From Wigglesworthia glossinidia endosymbiont of Glossina brevipalpis (GTDB lineage: Bacteria > Pseudomonadota > Gammaproteobacteria > Enterobacterales > Enterobacteriaceae): a stretch of DNA of 32,000 nt. The notes under the pieces were generated by a model. It made no database searches. It saw nothing but the letters and a program-made list of their open reading frames with translations, and was not told the origin of the DNA. The stretch spans positions 30,001-62,000 of the forward strand of contig BA000021.3 of NCBI GenBank assembly GCA_000008885.1, read 5' to 3'. Numbering within the stretch: position 1 is the stretch's first letter; each line of letters begins with the position of its first letter. Shown here in pieces: positions 1 to 8,996 of this stretch. The position numbers and the translations under genes were made by a program.

Positions 1-82
1 AATCAAATTCACAAGCTTGTCCTATCACAATTGGACCTGATCCTATTATTAAAATGCTTTTTATATCTTTTCTTTTTGGCAT
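1..82 (-). CDS. carB: carbamoyl-phosphate synthase large subunit, first 27 codons only (gene continues off the left edge)
   Basis: The reverse complement of 1..82 reads ATG CCA AAA AGA AAA GAT ATA AAA AGC ATT ... = [27 protein letters not shown]. This is almost identical to the E. coli CarB N-terminus ([27 protein letters not shown]). The start codon at 82..80 lies 9 nt downstream of the carA stop, as in a carAB operon. Confidence 0.85.
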   Translation of the reverse strand, partial: MPKRKDIKSILIIGSGPIVIGQACEFD

Positions 83-91
83 TTTAATTTC

Positions 92-1222
92 CTATTTTTT
101 ATTTAAACGATAATCTTTGACAAGATTAATAAAATTTTTGAATAAAAACAATGCATCTTTAGGACCAGGAGAAGATTCTGGATGTCCTTGAAAACTAAAA
201 ACTGGTTTATTTATTAGTTTAATCCCCTGTAAAGTTTGATCAAACATAGAAATATGAGTAATTATTATATTTTTTGATAATGTAGATTTATCAATTGCGA
301 AATCATGATTTTGAGAAGTTATTATTATTTTGTTTGTTTCCAAGTCTTTTACTGGATGATTAGATCCATGATGACCAAATTTCATCTTTAATATTTTTGC
401 TCCATTAGCTATAGCTAATAATTGATGGCCAAGGCATATTCCAAAAATTGGAATTTTTGTTTCAAGTAAACATTGAATGTTACGAATAGCATATTTATAG
501 ATTTCTGGATTACCTGGTCCATTAGACAATAAAATTCCGTCTGGATTTAATGATATAACATATTTTGATTTAGTAGTTGCAGGTACAAGTGTAATACGAC
601 ATCCTAGATTTATTAAATTTTTTATAATGCTAAATTTTATTCCAAAATCATACGCTACAATATTATAAAAAAAATTTTTTTCAATATATTTTTTTTTGTA
701 TATAATTTTTCTTTTTGTGGTAACTAGTTTTACTAGGTCTAAATTTTTTTTTTCTAAAAAAATTTTTATTTTACTTTTAATTTCTTTAAAATTTATATTT
801 GTTCCTTCTGAGGAAACATATCCATATTGTGTTCCAGATTTTCTGATTAATCTAGTTAATTTTCTTGTATCTATTCCGCTAATTCCTATTATATTGTTTA
901 ATAAAAGAAATCTTGAAAAAGATAGTTTATTTCTAAAATCGCTAATTATATTATGAGTTTGATATAAAATAACTGCTTTTACTTGGATTTTTGAAGATTC
1001 ATTATTATTTATTTCAATTCCTATATTTCCTATATGAGGATAAGTAAATGCTACTATTTGATTGAAATATGAAGGATCTGTAATTATTTCTTGATAACCT
1101 GTTATTGAGGTGTTAAAAATAACTTCTCCTATGCTAGTTCCTTTAGCCCCTATGCTATTTCCATAAAATTTTGTTCCATCTTCTAAAATTAATAAAGCTT
1201 TATTTAACAAAATATTCTCCAT
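92..1222 (-). CDS. carA: carbamoyl-phosphate synthase small (glutamine amidotransferase) subunit
   Basis: 376-aa ORF. The N-terminus ALLILEDGTKFYGNSIGAKGTSIGEVIFNTSITGYQEIITDPSY is typical of CarA. The class-I amidotransferase triad motifs are present: GICLGHQLL (catalytic Cys) and FQGHPESSPGP (His/Glu). The gene is adjacent to carB. Confidence 0.95.
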   Translation of the reverse strand: MENILLNKALLILEDGTKFYGNSIGAKGTSIGEVIFNTSITGYQEIITDPSYFNQIVAFTYPHIGNIGIEINNNESSKIQVKAVILYQTHNIISDFRNKLSFSRFLLLNNIIGISGIDTRKLTRLIRKSGTQYGYVSSEGTNINFKEIKSKIKIFLEKKNLDLVKLVTTKRKIIYKKKYIEKNFFYNIVAYDFGIKFSIIKNLINLGCRITLVPATTKSKYVISLNPDGILLSNGPGNPEIYKYAIRNIQCLLETKIPIFGICLGHQLLAIANGAKILKMKFGHHGSNHPVKDLETNKIIITSQNHDFAIDKSTLSKNIIITHISMFDQTLQGIKLINKPVFSFQGHPESSPGPKDALFLFKNFINLVKDYRLNKK

Positions 1223-1232
1223 AATTTTATTA

Positions 1233-2030
1233 TTAATTGCTTTTAAAATTTTTCGCTTGTTTATTTAAAATATGAGACATATTAAACAAACCAGTTTTTT
1301 TATTAGATAACCAAATTGCAGCTTTTATTGCTCCTAAAGCAAATATTTTTCTATTATATGCTTGATGTGTAATTTCTATTTTTTCTCCTAAAAAAGAAAA
1401 AATTATTTTATGTTCTCCTATAATATTCCCTGATCTAATTGAAGATATTTTAATATTTTTTTTTATTTTTAAATTTTTTAAAATGTTTTTTTTAATTAAT
1501 ATAGAAGTTGCAGATGGAATATCAGACTTTTCTTTATGATGACATTCTATGATGTCTATATCAATATTTTTAATATTTCCAATACTAGATATATTTTTTA
1601 ATAATCTGAAAATAATGTTTGCTCCAAAACTGAAATTTTCAGAATAAAATATTGCAATTTTTTTTGACATATGTTTAATTAATTTGTTTTGCATTGCATT
1701 AAATCCAGTAGTTCCGATTACCATTTTTTTTTTGTTTTTATAACAAAAATTTAAATATTCTAAGCTAGACTTGACTGATGTAAAATCAATTAATACATCA
1801 AACTTATCTGATATATCTTTAATATTATCATTTGTAAACACGCCAATAGGAAAAATATTAGCTAATTTTCCTATATCATAATTTTTAAAAGAAGACTTAT
1901 GTCTTACCAGGGAAGAAGTATGAATAATTTTTGAAATATTTATAGCTGTTCTGGTTATTTGTTTTCCCATTTTACCATTTGCCCCGGTTGTTGCTATTCT
2001 TATTGAAGAAATTTTTTTATTATTTTTCAT
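1233..2030 (-). CDS. dapB: 4-hydroxy-tetrahydrodipicolinate reductase
   Basis: 265-aa ORF. It has an N-terminal dinucleotide-binding loop (TTGANGKMGK), the ECHHKEKSDIPSATS motif (E. coli EAHHRHKVDAPSGTA) and FSFGAN. The dapB-carA-carB order and orientation match E. coli. Confidence 0.9.
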   Translation of the reverse strand: MKNNKKISSIRIATTGANGKMGKQITRTAINISKIIHTSSLVRHKSSFKNYDIGKLANIFPIGVFTNDNIKDISDKFDVLIDFTSVKSSLEYLNFCYKNKKKMVIGTTGFNAMQNKLIKHMSKKIAIFYSENFSFGANIIFRLLKNISSIGNIKNIDIDIIECHHKEKSDIPSATSILIKKNILKNLKIKKNIKISSIRSGNIIGEHKIIFSFLGEKIEITHQAYNRKIFALGAIKAAIWLSNKKTGLFNMSHILNKQAKNFKSN

Positions 2031-2051
2031 TTATTGTCTCATGTTAAATAA

Positions 2052-2077
2052 AAACATAATTTATATAAATTATGTTT
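2052..2077. promoter_or_regulatory. perfect 26-bp palindrome in the dapB / permease divergent spacer (possible operator or leader hairpin; function unknown)
   Basis: AAACATAATTTAT|ATAAATTATGTTT. I checked all 13 base pairs by hand from 2052/2077 inward, and symmetry breaks at 2051/2078. It lies 22-47 nt upstream of the dapB ATG (2030, minus strand). Confidence 0.4.
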
Positions 2078-2289
2078 AATACATAAAATAATTTTATAAA
2101 AATTATATTTGTAATAAATAATTATATTTTTTATTTTTTTATTAAAAATAAAATTATTTATAATTAATAAATTTATATTTAAAAATTTTTAATATTTATT
2201 CTTAAATAAGATATATTAAGATTAATATTTTATTTATATAAATTTAAAATTTATACAAAAATACAATTTTTTTGTAAAAAGGATATTTT

Positions 2290-3360
2290 ATGAATTTTAA
2301 TACTATTTTTAGTAGTTCATTTAAAATTATAACAAATTTAATTTTTATTTTTTTTGTTTTATATGGATGTTTTTTGATTTTAAATCCATTCATTATAAGC
2401 TTTATCTGGGCTTCTATAATAGTAATTTCAACTTGGCCTTTATTCATAAGAATAAAAAAATTTTTATATAATTCATATTTTTTATCAATTTTATTAATGG
2501 AAATGTTATTAATTTGTTTTTTTATATTCCCTGTTTTTATTGTATCAACTTCATTTTTTAAAAATTTTTCAAAAATGATATCTTTGATTATAACATTTGA
2601 TCAATATATATTTTCAAATTTATTATTAATAAAGAAAATTCCAATTATTGGAAATAAATTATTTAATACTATTAATATTTTAATTTATGAAAAAAATTTA
2701 TCGCTTTATGAAAAATTAGAACCATATATAACTCATATAACTAAAATAATATTATCCAATTTAACATTAATATGGAATTTATTTTTTAATTGTTTATTAA
2801 CAGTTTTGTTTAGTATATTTTTATATTTTAAAGGAAATTATATTAATAAATTTATTAAAATTTTTATTTATTATATAGATGATATTAAAGGAAAAGAATT
2901 AGTTGTTCTTGCCGAAAAATCTATTAGATCTGTATTTGTTAGCGTTATTTTAGCATCCATAATACAAACCATATTAAGCAGTATTGGTTTATTTATATCT
3001 AATGTTCCATTTAAATCAATTTTAATTATATTAATATTTATTTTTTGCATTACTCAATTAGGAATTTTTCCTATATTTATACCAATAATTTTATGGTTCT
3101 ATTATAAAGAAAATTATATTTTTAGTACAATATTATTTGTATGGTCATGTTTAGTATTTGCTTTAGATAATATTTTAAAACAAATCTTAATTAAAAGTAT
3201 AGGAATAAAATTACACAATTTGTTAATAATTTTTGGAATTTTAGGAGGTTTTTTGTCATTTGGAATGATTGGAATTTTTATTGGACCTACTATATTAACA
3301 ATTTCTTGGAACTTGTTAAGAAATTTAACTTTTAATTATAAAATTAAAAAAATTAATTAA
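2290..3360 (+). CDS. ydiK: AI-2E / PerM (UPF0118) family inner-membrane transporter, YdiK-like
   Basis: 356-aa polytopic hydrophobic ORF. It is colinear with E. coli YdiK as I recall it: CFLILNPFIISFIWASIIVISTWPLFIRIKK vs CFWIVQPFILGFAWAGTVVIATWPVLLRLQK; IPIIGNKLF vs IPVIGAKLY; QLGIFPIFIPIILWFYY vs QLGPLPVLIPAIIWLYW; FGMIGIFIGPTILTISW vs FGMIGLFIGPVLLAVSW. AAGGA lies 7 nt upstream of the ATG. Confidence 0.7.
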   Translation: MNFNTIFSSSFKIITNLIFIFFVLYGCFLILNPFIISFIWASIIVISTWPLFIRIKKFLYNSYFLSILLMEMLLICFFIFPVFIVSTSFFKNFSKMISLIITFDQYIFSNLLLIKKIPIIGNKLFNTINILIYEKNLSLYEKLEPYITHITKIILSNLTLIWNLFFNCLLTVLFSIFLYFKGNYINKFIKIFIYYIDDIKGKELVVLAEKSIRSVFVSVILASIIQTILSSIGLFISNVPFKSILIILIFIFCITQLGIFPIFIPIILWFYYKENYIFSTILFVWSCLVFALDNILKQILIKSIGIKLHNLLIIFGILGGFLSFGMIGIFIGPTILTISWNLLRNLTFNYKIKKIN

Positions 3361-4104
3361 TTTTACATTACTATTAATATTAAATATTTTAAAATAAATA
3401 ACAGATTTATAGTTATTTTATAATTAAAACACAAATAAAATTTTTTTTAAAAAATTATTTATATAATATTTTTATTAAAATTAATTATATTTTATAATAT
3501 ATTTAATATATTTAAATTAAATAAATTATTATTAAATTCTGTATTTTGTATAACAATTAATTATATTAAATAAATTTATATTTTAAATATATAAAATTAA
3601 TATAAAAATAAAATTATATTTATATTAAAATTTTTATAAAATATATAAAAATAATGATATTAATTTTAATTTGTAAAATTTATTAAAAAATAAAATTATG
3701 TTATTTCAAAAACACAATTTTTATTTGCAAAATAATTAAAAACTTAATATAAATATTAAAAATTTAATTAAATTTTATTTAAATAAAATTTAAAATTTTT
3801 TAAATTTTTGTAAAATTAAAAATTTAATTTAAATTAATAAATAATATAAAATTAAAAGCACATTATATATTTATACAAGTATATTTATAAAAATTTAATA
3901 TTTAAAATAAAATAAATTTTATTTTTAAAATAAAATCTGAAATTTTCAATTATTTTCTTAAAATAAATAGAATTATAAATAAAATAATTATATATATAAA
4001 ATTTTTGTTTTAATTTATTAATTTACTAGTAGTTGATTGATATATGATATAAAATGTATTAAAGTATTTTTATAATTTTTTATTTTTAAAGGAATATAAT
4101 TTAT

Positions 4105-4482
4105 ATGGTAACTATTAATCAATTAGTTAGAAAATCTCGTTCTAATAAAATTATAAAAACCAATGTTCCAGCGTTGTCTTCGTGTCCACAAAAACGTGGA
4201 GTATGCATAAGAGTTTATACGACTACACCTAAAAAACCAAATTCTGCTTTAAGGAAAGTATGTAGAGTTAGGTTAACTAATGGATTTGAAGTAACATCTT
4301 ATATAGGAGGAGAAGGTCATAATTTACAAGAACACTCTTCCGTTCTTATAAGAGGAGGGAGAGTAAAAGACTTGCCTGGAGTAAGATATCATATTGTAAG
4401 AGGAGCCTTGGATTGTGCTGGAGTAAAAAATAGAAAAAAAGCAAGATCTAAGTATGGAGTAAAAAAAATAAAAAACAAATAA
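4105..4482 (+). CDS. rpsL: 30S ribosomal protein S12
   Basis: 125 aa, near-identical to E. coli S12: [42 protein letters not shown]...[21 protein letters not shown]. Confidence 0.98.
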   Translation: MVTINQLVRKSRSNKIIKTNVPALSSCPQKRGVCIRVYTTTPKKPNSALRKVCRVRLTNGFEVTSYIGGEGHNLQEHSSVLIRGGRVKDLPGVRYHIVRGALDCAGVKNRKKARSKYGVKKIKNK

Positions 4483-4524
4483 ATTTAAATTTAAAAAAAT
4501 AAAATATTAAAATTGGAGTTTTAA

Positions 4525-4995
4525 ATGCCTCGCCGTAAAATGGTAAATCAAAGAGCAATTCTTCCGGATCCTAAATGGAATTCAGAAATACTTTCAAAAT
4601 TTATTAATATTTTAATGGTAAATGGGAAAAAGTCTATTTCAGAAAAAATTATATATACTGCTTTAAATAACTTAAAAAAAAAATTAAACAAAGATCATTT
4701 AACTATATTTGATTTAGCTTTAGAAAAAGTTCGTCCAATAGTAGAAGTGAAATCTAGAAGAGTTGGGGGATCTACATATCAAGTTCCAATAGAAGTAAGA
4801 TCTAGCCGTCGTAACGCATTAGCAATGCGGTGGATAATAGAAGCTGCAAGAAAAAGAAAAGACAAATCTATGTCTTTACGTTTAGCTAAAGAGATAGAAG
4901 ACGCATTAGAAAATAAAGGGACTGCGGTTAAAAAAAGAGAGGAAGTTCATCGTATGGCGGAAGCAAATAAAGCTTTTGCTCATTACAGATGGTAA
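4525..4995 (+). CDS. rpsG: 30S ribosomal protein S7
   Basis: 156 aa: MPRR....ILPDPK..., [30 protein letters not shown]-terminal [12 protein letters not shown] lies upstream. The position after rpsL matches the str operon. Confidence 0.98.
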   Translation: MPRRKMVNQRAILPDPKWNSEILSKFINILMVNGKKSISEKIIYTALNNLKKKLNKDHLTIFDLALEKVRPIVEVKSRRVGGSTYQVPIEVRSSRRNALAMRWIIEAARKRKDKSMSLRLAKEIEDALENKGTAVKKREEVHRMAEANKAFAHYRW

Positions 4996-5040
4996 ATAAA
5001 TAATAAAAATTTTATTTTTGATTAATTTTGGTGAATTAAT

Positions 5041-7158
5041 ATGCCTCGACTAACACCTATTGTAAATTATAGAAATATTGGAATTAGTGCACACATTGAT
5101 GCTGGAAAGACTACTACTACTGAAAGGATTTTATTTTATACTGGTGTGAATCATAAATTAGGAGAAGTCCATCATGGATCTGCTACTATGGATTGGATGG
5201 CTCAAGAGCAAGAAAGAGGAATAACAATTACTTCAGCAGCAACAACATGTTTTTGGTCTGGAATGTCAAATCAATTTAGCTCACATCGTATTAACATAAT
5301 CGATACTCCAGGTCATGTAGATTTTACAATAGAAGTAGAGAGATCTATGAGGATTCTCGATGGAGCAATAATGGTGTACTGTGCTGTAGGAGGAGTTCAA
5401 CCTCAATCTGAAACAGTATGGAGGCAAGCAAATAAATATAATGTTCCTAGGATCGCCTTTATAAATAAAATGGACAGAACAGGAGCAAATTATTTCAATG
5501 TAATTAATCAAATAAAGGATAAGTTATATGCAAATCCAATACCAATACAGTTACCCATTGGAAAAGAAAATAATTTCGTTGGAATAATTGATTTAATTAA
5601 AATGAAATCAATTTATTGGAGTGAAATAGATCAAGGAATAACTTTTGAATATAAAGAAATACCAAAAGATCTTATGGTATTATCTAATTCATACAGAAAT
5701 ATTTTGTTAGAAACTTCAGCTGAAGCATCTGAAAAATTAACAGAAAAATACTTGTACAAAAATTTAACAGAACAAGATATTATAGAAGGATTAAGAATAA
5801 GATCATTGAAAAACGAAATAATTCCAGTAACATGTGGTTCTGCCTTTAAAAATAAAGGAATCCAATCTATGTTGGATACAGTAATAAATTATTTACCTTC
5901 ACCAAAAGATATAAAATATTCGAAAAAAAATAAATTTTTATCAAAAAATTATAAAAAAAGCATCCTTCCTAAAGATAACGAACCATTTTCTGCGCTAGCT
6001 TTTAAAATAGCTAATGATCCATTTGTAGGAAATTTAACTTTTTTTAGAGTATATTCTGGAAAAATTAGATCTGGGAATACTGTATTAAATTCTGCAAAAG
6101 ATAAACAAGAACGATTCGGAAGAATAGTTCAAATGCATGCAAATAAGAGAGAAGAAATAAAAGAAGTAAGGTCTGGAGATATTGCAGCAGCAATAGGATT
6201 AAAAGATGTTACAACTGGAGATACATTATGTGATCCATTGCATCCAATAATTTTAGAAAAAATGGAATTTCCAGAGCCTGTAATTTCTGTTGCTGTAGAA
6301 CCAAAAACAAAATCGGACCAAGAAAAAATGAGTTCAGCATTGAATAGATTAGCTAAAGAAGATCCTTCTTTTAGAGTGTCAAGTGATGAAGAATCTGGGC
6401 AAACTATTATTTCTGGTATGGGCGAGCTTCATTTAGAAATATTAATTGACCGCATGTATAGAGAATTTAATGTTAGATCAAATGTTGGAAAACCTCAAGT
6501 ATCATACAGAGAAACAATTAAATCATGTGTAGAAGAAGAGGGTAAATTTATTAGACAATCTGGAGGAAGAGGGCAATTTGGACATGTTTGGTTAAGAATT
6601 GAGCCAAATAAATCAAACATTGCAAAAAATAAAAATAATTATACTTTTATTAATAAAATTGTAGGTGGTGCAATTCCAAAAGAATTTATTCCTGCAATAG
6701 ACAAAGGAATTCAAGAACAATTAAGTAATGGAGTTTTAGCCGGATACCCTATAGTAGATGTTTGCGTTACAGTTTTTGATGGATCTTACCACGAAGTAGA
6801 TTCTTCAGAAATAGCATTTAAAATTGCTGCATCTATAGCTTTTAAATCTGCATTTATGAAAGCTAGTCCAATTTTATTAGAACCAATAATGAAAGTTGAA
6901 GTAGAAACTCCAAACGAATATATGGGCGATGTAATTGGAGATTTAAATCGCAGAAGAGGAATAATAGATGGTATGCAAGATATTAATATGGGAAAAATAA
7001 TTATATCTAAAATTCCTTTATCTGAGATGTTTGGATATGCTACAGACTTAAGGTCTCAAACTCAAGGAAGAGCATCGTATTCTATGGAATTTTTAAGATA
7101 TAATGAACTTCCAAATAACATAACAGAATCTATTATAAATTCTAATCAATTAAAATAA
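5041..7158 (+). CDS. fusA: translation elongation factor G
   Basis: 705 aa. G1 motif [29 protein letters not shown], and domain IV/V motifs ([27 protein letters not shown]). It follows rpsG as in the str operon. Confidence 0.98.
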   Translation: MPRLTPIVNYRNIGISAHIDAGKTTTTERILFYTGVNHKLGEVHHGSATMDWMAQEQERGITITSAATTCFWSGMSNQFSSHRINIIDTPGHVDFTIEVERSMRILDGAIMVYCAVGGVQPQSETVWRQANKYNVPRIAFINKMDRTGANYFNVINQIKDKLYANPIPIQLPIGKENNFVGIIDLIKMKSIYWSEIDQGITFEYKEIPKDLMVLSNSYRNILLETSAEASEKLTEKYLYKNLTEQDIIEGLRIRSLKNEIIPVTCGSAFKNKGIQSMLDTVINYLPSPKDIKYSKKNKFLSKNYKKSILPKDNEPFSALAFKIANDPFVGNLTFFRVYSGKIRSGNTVLNSAKDKQERFGRIVQMHANKREEIKEVRSGDIAAAIGLKDVTTGDTLCDPLHPIILEKMEFPEPVISVAVEPKTKSDQEKMSSALNRLAKEDPSFRVSSDEESGQTIISGMGELHLEILIDRMYREFNVRSNVGKPQVSYRETIKSCVEEEGKFIRQSGGRGQFGHVWLRIEPNKSNIAKNKNNYTFINKIVGGAIPKEFIPAIDKGIQEQLSNGVLAGYPIVDVCVTVFDGSYHEVDSSEIAFKIAASIAFKSAFMKASPILLEPIMKVEVETPNEYMGDVIGDLNRRRGIIDGMQDINMGKIIISKIPLSEMFGYATDLRSQTQGRASYSMEFLRYNELPNNITESIINSNQLK

Positions 7159-7980
7159 TTAAAAATCTTGGAAATATAAAATATTTTTAATTTATTTTAT
7201 AAATATTATTTTTTTTATTTTTATTATTAATTTAGTAAATAAAATTTATTTTAAATAAATTGGAATTTTTTAAAAAAATATATATAATTCCAAAATGTGG
7301 AGGCAAATATTTTCATCATTATAATTGATTTTTTACTAAATACATATATATTTTTAAGTAAATATATTTAAACTTATTTTTAATTAAATTTTTATTATAT
7401 ATTAAATGAAATAATTTTTTTTAATAAATTTATGAATTCCATTCAAAACTTAATATTCTTTTTATGTAAAAATAAAAATTTAAATTTATTTTAATGAGTA
7501 AAAAGAACTTATAAAAAATTAATAAAATTGAACTTTTGAATAAGTTTTTATTAATTTTATTAATTAACTTTTTATTTAAAAAATTAAAATATTTTATATT
7601 ATTAAAATAATTTATTAAATAATAATATAGAAATATTTATTTTAAGATATTAAGTATTTTAGTTTTAAACAGTAAATAAAATAGCAATTTTCTTATAAAA
7701 ATTAATAAACATGTTTTACAGAAAATTTCTATTTTCAAGAAAAAAATATAAATATATTTATAAAATAAATAATATAAATATTATAAAGAATTAATTAAAT
7801 TTAAAGAAAAATTATTTAAAATTATTATAAATAAAATAAATGAATTTTATATTTTTATTTAAAAAAATAATAAATATATTATAAAATATTTATATTTTTA
7901 TCTTGATATTTAAAAAGTATTAATTTAAAAAATTTATCAAATAATTATATATCTTATCAGAATTAAAAGGAAATACTAAA

Positions 7981-8325
7981 ATGAGTAATGATAATATTCT
8001 AAAAAATATACATGAAATAAACTTATCTTATTTATTATTAGCACAAGAATTGATAAAGCAAGATAAAAAAGTAGCAAGTTTCAGACTTGGAGTATGCGAA
8101 GATACTTTAAATAAAATATCAAAACTATCTTTATCTGAATTAATTAAGTTAGGAGCAATTAATCAATTAATTTGCTTATTAAGATTAGATGATGAAAAAG
8201 TAATTAATTGTTTAACAAGAGAATCTAGAGTGGATGAACTACAACAAGTTCATACTGGAATTATGTTGTCTACTCAATTGCTCAGATCACATAAATCAAA
8301 TTCTAATCATGCCCTAAAGGAATAA
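7981..8325 (+). CDS. flhD: flagellar master regulator subunit FlhD
   Basis: 114 aa: [29 protein letters not shown]...[20 protein letters not shown], compared with E. coli [29 protein letters not shown]...[27 protein letters not shown] lies 9 nt upstream. Confidence 0.95.
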   Translation: MSNDNILKNIHEINLSYLLLAQELIKQDKKVASFRLGVCEDTLNKISKLSLSELIKLGAINQLICLLRLDDEKVINCLTRESRVDELQQVHTGIMLSTQLLRSHKSNSNHALKE

Positions 8326-8329
8326 AATA

Positions 8330-8884
8330 GTGTATAGAAAAAGTATTATGCAAGAATCTAAAGATATACAATTAGCTACAGAATTAATTTCATTAGGAGC
8401 AAGATTGCCTATATTAGAAAATGAAACATGTCTAAGCAGAAGCAGACTGTTAAGGTTGTATAAAGAAGTAAAAGGAACACCTGCTCCTAAAGGTCTTCTT
8501 CCATTTTCTGCAGATTGGTTTTTATCATGGGAACAAAATATACATTCTTCTGCTTTTTACAATTCTTATTTATGTTTAATTAAATCAGGAAATATTTCAA
8601 ATATAGAAGCTATGATTAAAGCATATCATTTATATTTAGAATTATGTCCAAGGTGTCAAAATGGAAACCCTATACTTGGTTTAACAAGAGCTTGGATATT
8701 ATTACGTTTTATTGATAGCCAATTATTAGGACAAACTAGATGCGTTAAATGCAGTGGAGCTTTTGTTACTTATGCTTTTCATCCGAAAAAAAATTTTATT
8801 TGCAGTTTTTGCCATCCACCATCCAGAGCAGTAAAAAAACGTAAACTTTCTAGTGTTGAAGCCGATAATCTCGTATGCCTTTGA
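8330..8884 (+). CDS. flhC: flagellar master regulator subunit FlhC (GTG start)
   Basis: 184 aa. (M)[25 protein letters not shown] aligns from residue 1 with E. coli [26 protein letters not shown], so I prefer GTG 8330 over ATG 8348. The four Zn-site cysteines are kept (CVKC...17 aa...CSFC), followed by [18 protein letters not shown] at the end of flhD serves as the SD. The gap to flhD is 4 nt. Confidence 0.93.
   Translation: MYRKSIMQESKDIQLATELISLGARLPILENETCLSRSRLLRLYKEVKGTPAPKGLLPFSADWFLSWEQNIHSSAFYNSYLCLIKSGNISNIEAMIKAYHLYLELCPRCQNGNPILGLTRAWILLRFIDSQLLGQTRCVKCSGAFVTYAFHPKKNFICSFCHPPSRAVKKRKLSSVEADNLVCL
8842..8868 (+). promoter_or_regulatory. sigma-28 (FliA) class-3 promoter for motA, embedded in the last codons of flhC
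   Basis: TAAACTTT (8842-8849), then exactly 11 nt, then GCCGATAA (8861-8868). The enterobacterial FliA consensus is TAAAGTTT-N11-GCCGATAA, so 15 of 16 positions match, including a perfect -10. It lies 129 nt upstream of the motA start and is the only good match I found in the window on either strand. Confidence 0.65.
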
Positions 8885-8886
8885 TT

Positions 8887-8924
8887 AAAATATAATTTTT
8901 AAATTTAAAAATATAATTTTTAAA
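8887..8924 (+). repeat. 17-nt perfect direct repeat (AAAATATAATTTTTAAA) x2 with a 21-nt period, in the flhC-motA spacer / predicted motA leader
   Basis: Copies at 8887-8903 and 8908-8924, checked base by base. Each contains a perfect TATAAT hexamer (8891-8896, 8912-8917). Confidence 0.8.
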
Positions 8925-8996
8925 ATAAAATACATAATAAATTGATCTTTTTATTAAAAGACATATTTTAATATTAATTATTTCTAAGGGATTATT

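Noticed and set aside
696-956. 86-aa plus-strand ORF inside carA
   Set aside because: It is antisense to the conserved carA frame and translates to hydrophobic low-complexity sequence with no SD.
2244-2447. 67-aa minus-strand ORF overlapping the start of the ydiK-like gene
   Set aside because: It overlaps the well-supported permease N-terminus and promoter spacer, is K/I-rich, and has no homology signal.
4033-4061. TTGATT-N17-GTATTA as the rpsL (str operon) sigma-70 promoter
   Set aside because: The -10 is poor. In ~95% A/T DNA many equally good or better hexamer pairs occur, so I cannot support a specific promoter call without TSS data.
7291-7303. TGTGGAGGC as a degenerate DnaA box (TGTGGATAA)
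   Set aside because: It matches only 6/9 positions, occurs as a single copy, and no cluster of boxes is present. That is insufficient to suggest an origin.
7299-7794. Mini-ORFs in the fusA-flhD spacer: GGAGG (7299-7303) followed by an ATT-initiated 20-codon frame; ATG 7432-7494 (20 aa); ATG 7711-7794 (27 aa, basic)
   Set aside because: The GGAGG is not followed by a canonical start codon. The two ATG ORFs lack any SD and are the size expected by chance. The compositions are simply A/T-codon driven (I/F/K/N/Y).
8348-8350. ATG at 8348 as an alternative flhC start
   Set aside because: GTG 8330 yields (M)[13 protein letters not shown], which aligns residue-for-residue with E. coli [14 protein letters not shown] and has AAGGAA 8 nt upstream. 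The ATG would delete conserved residues.
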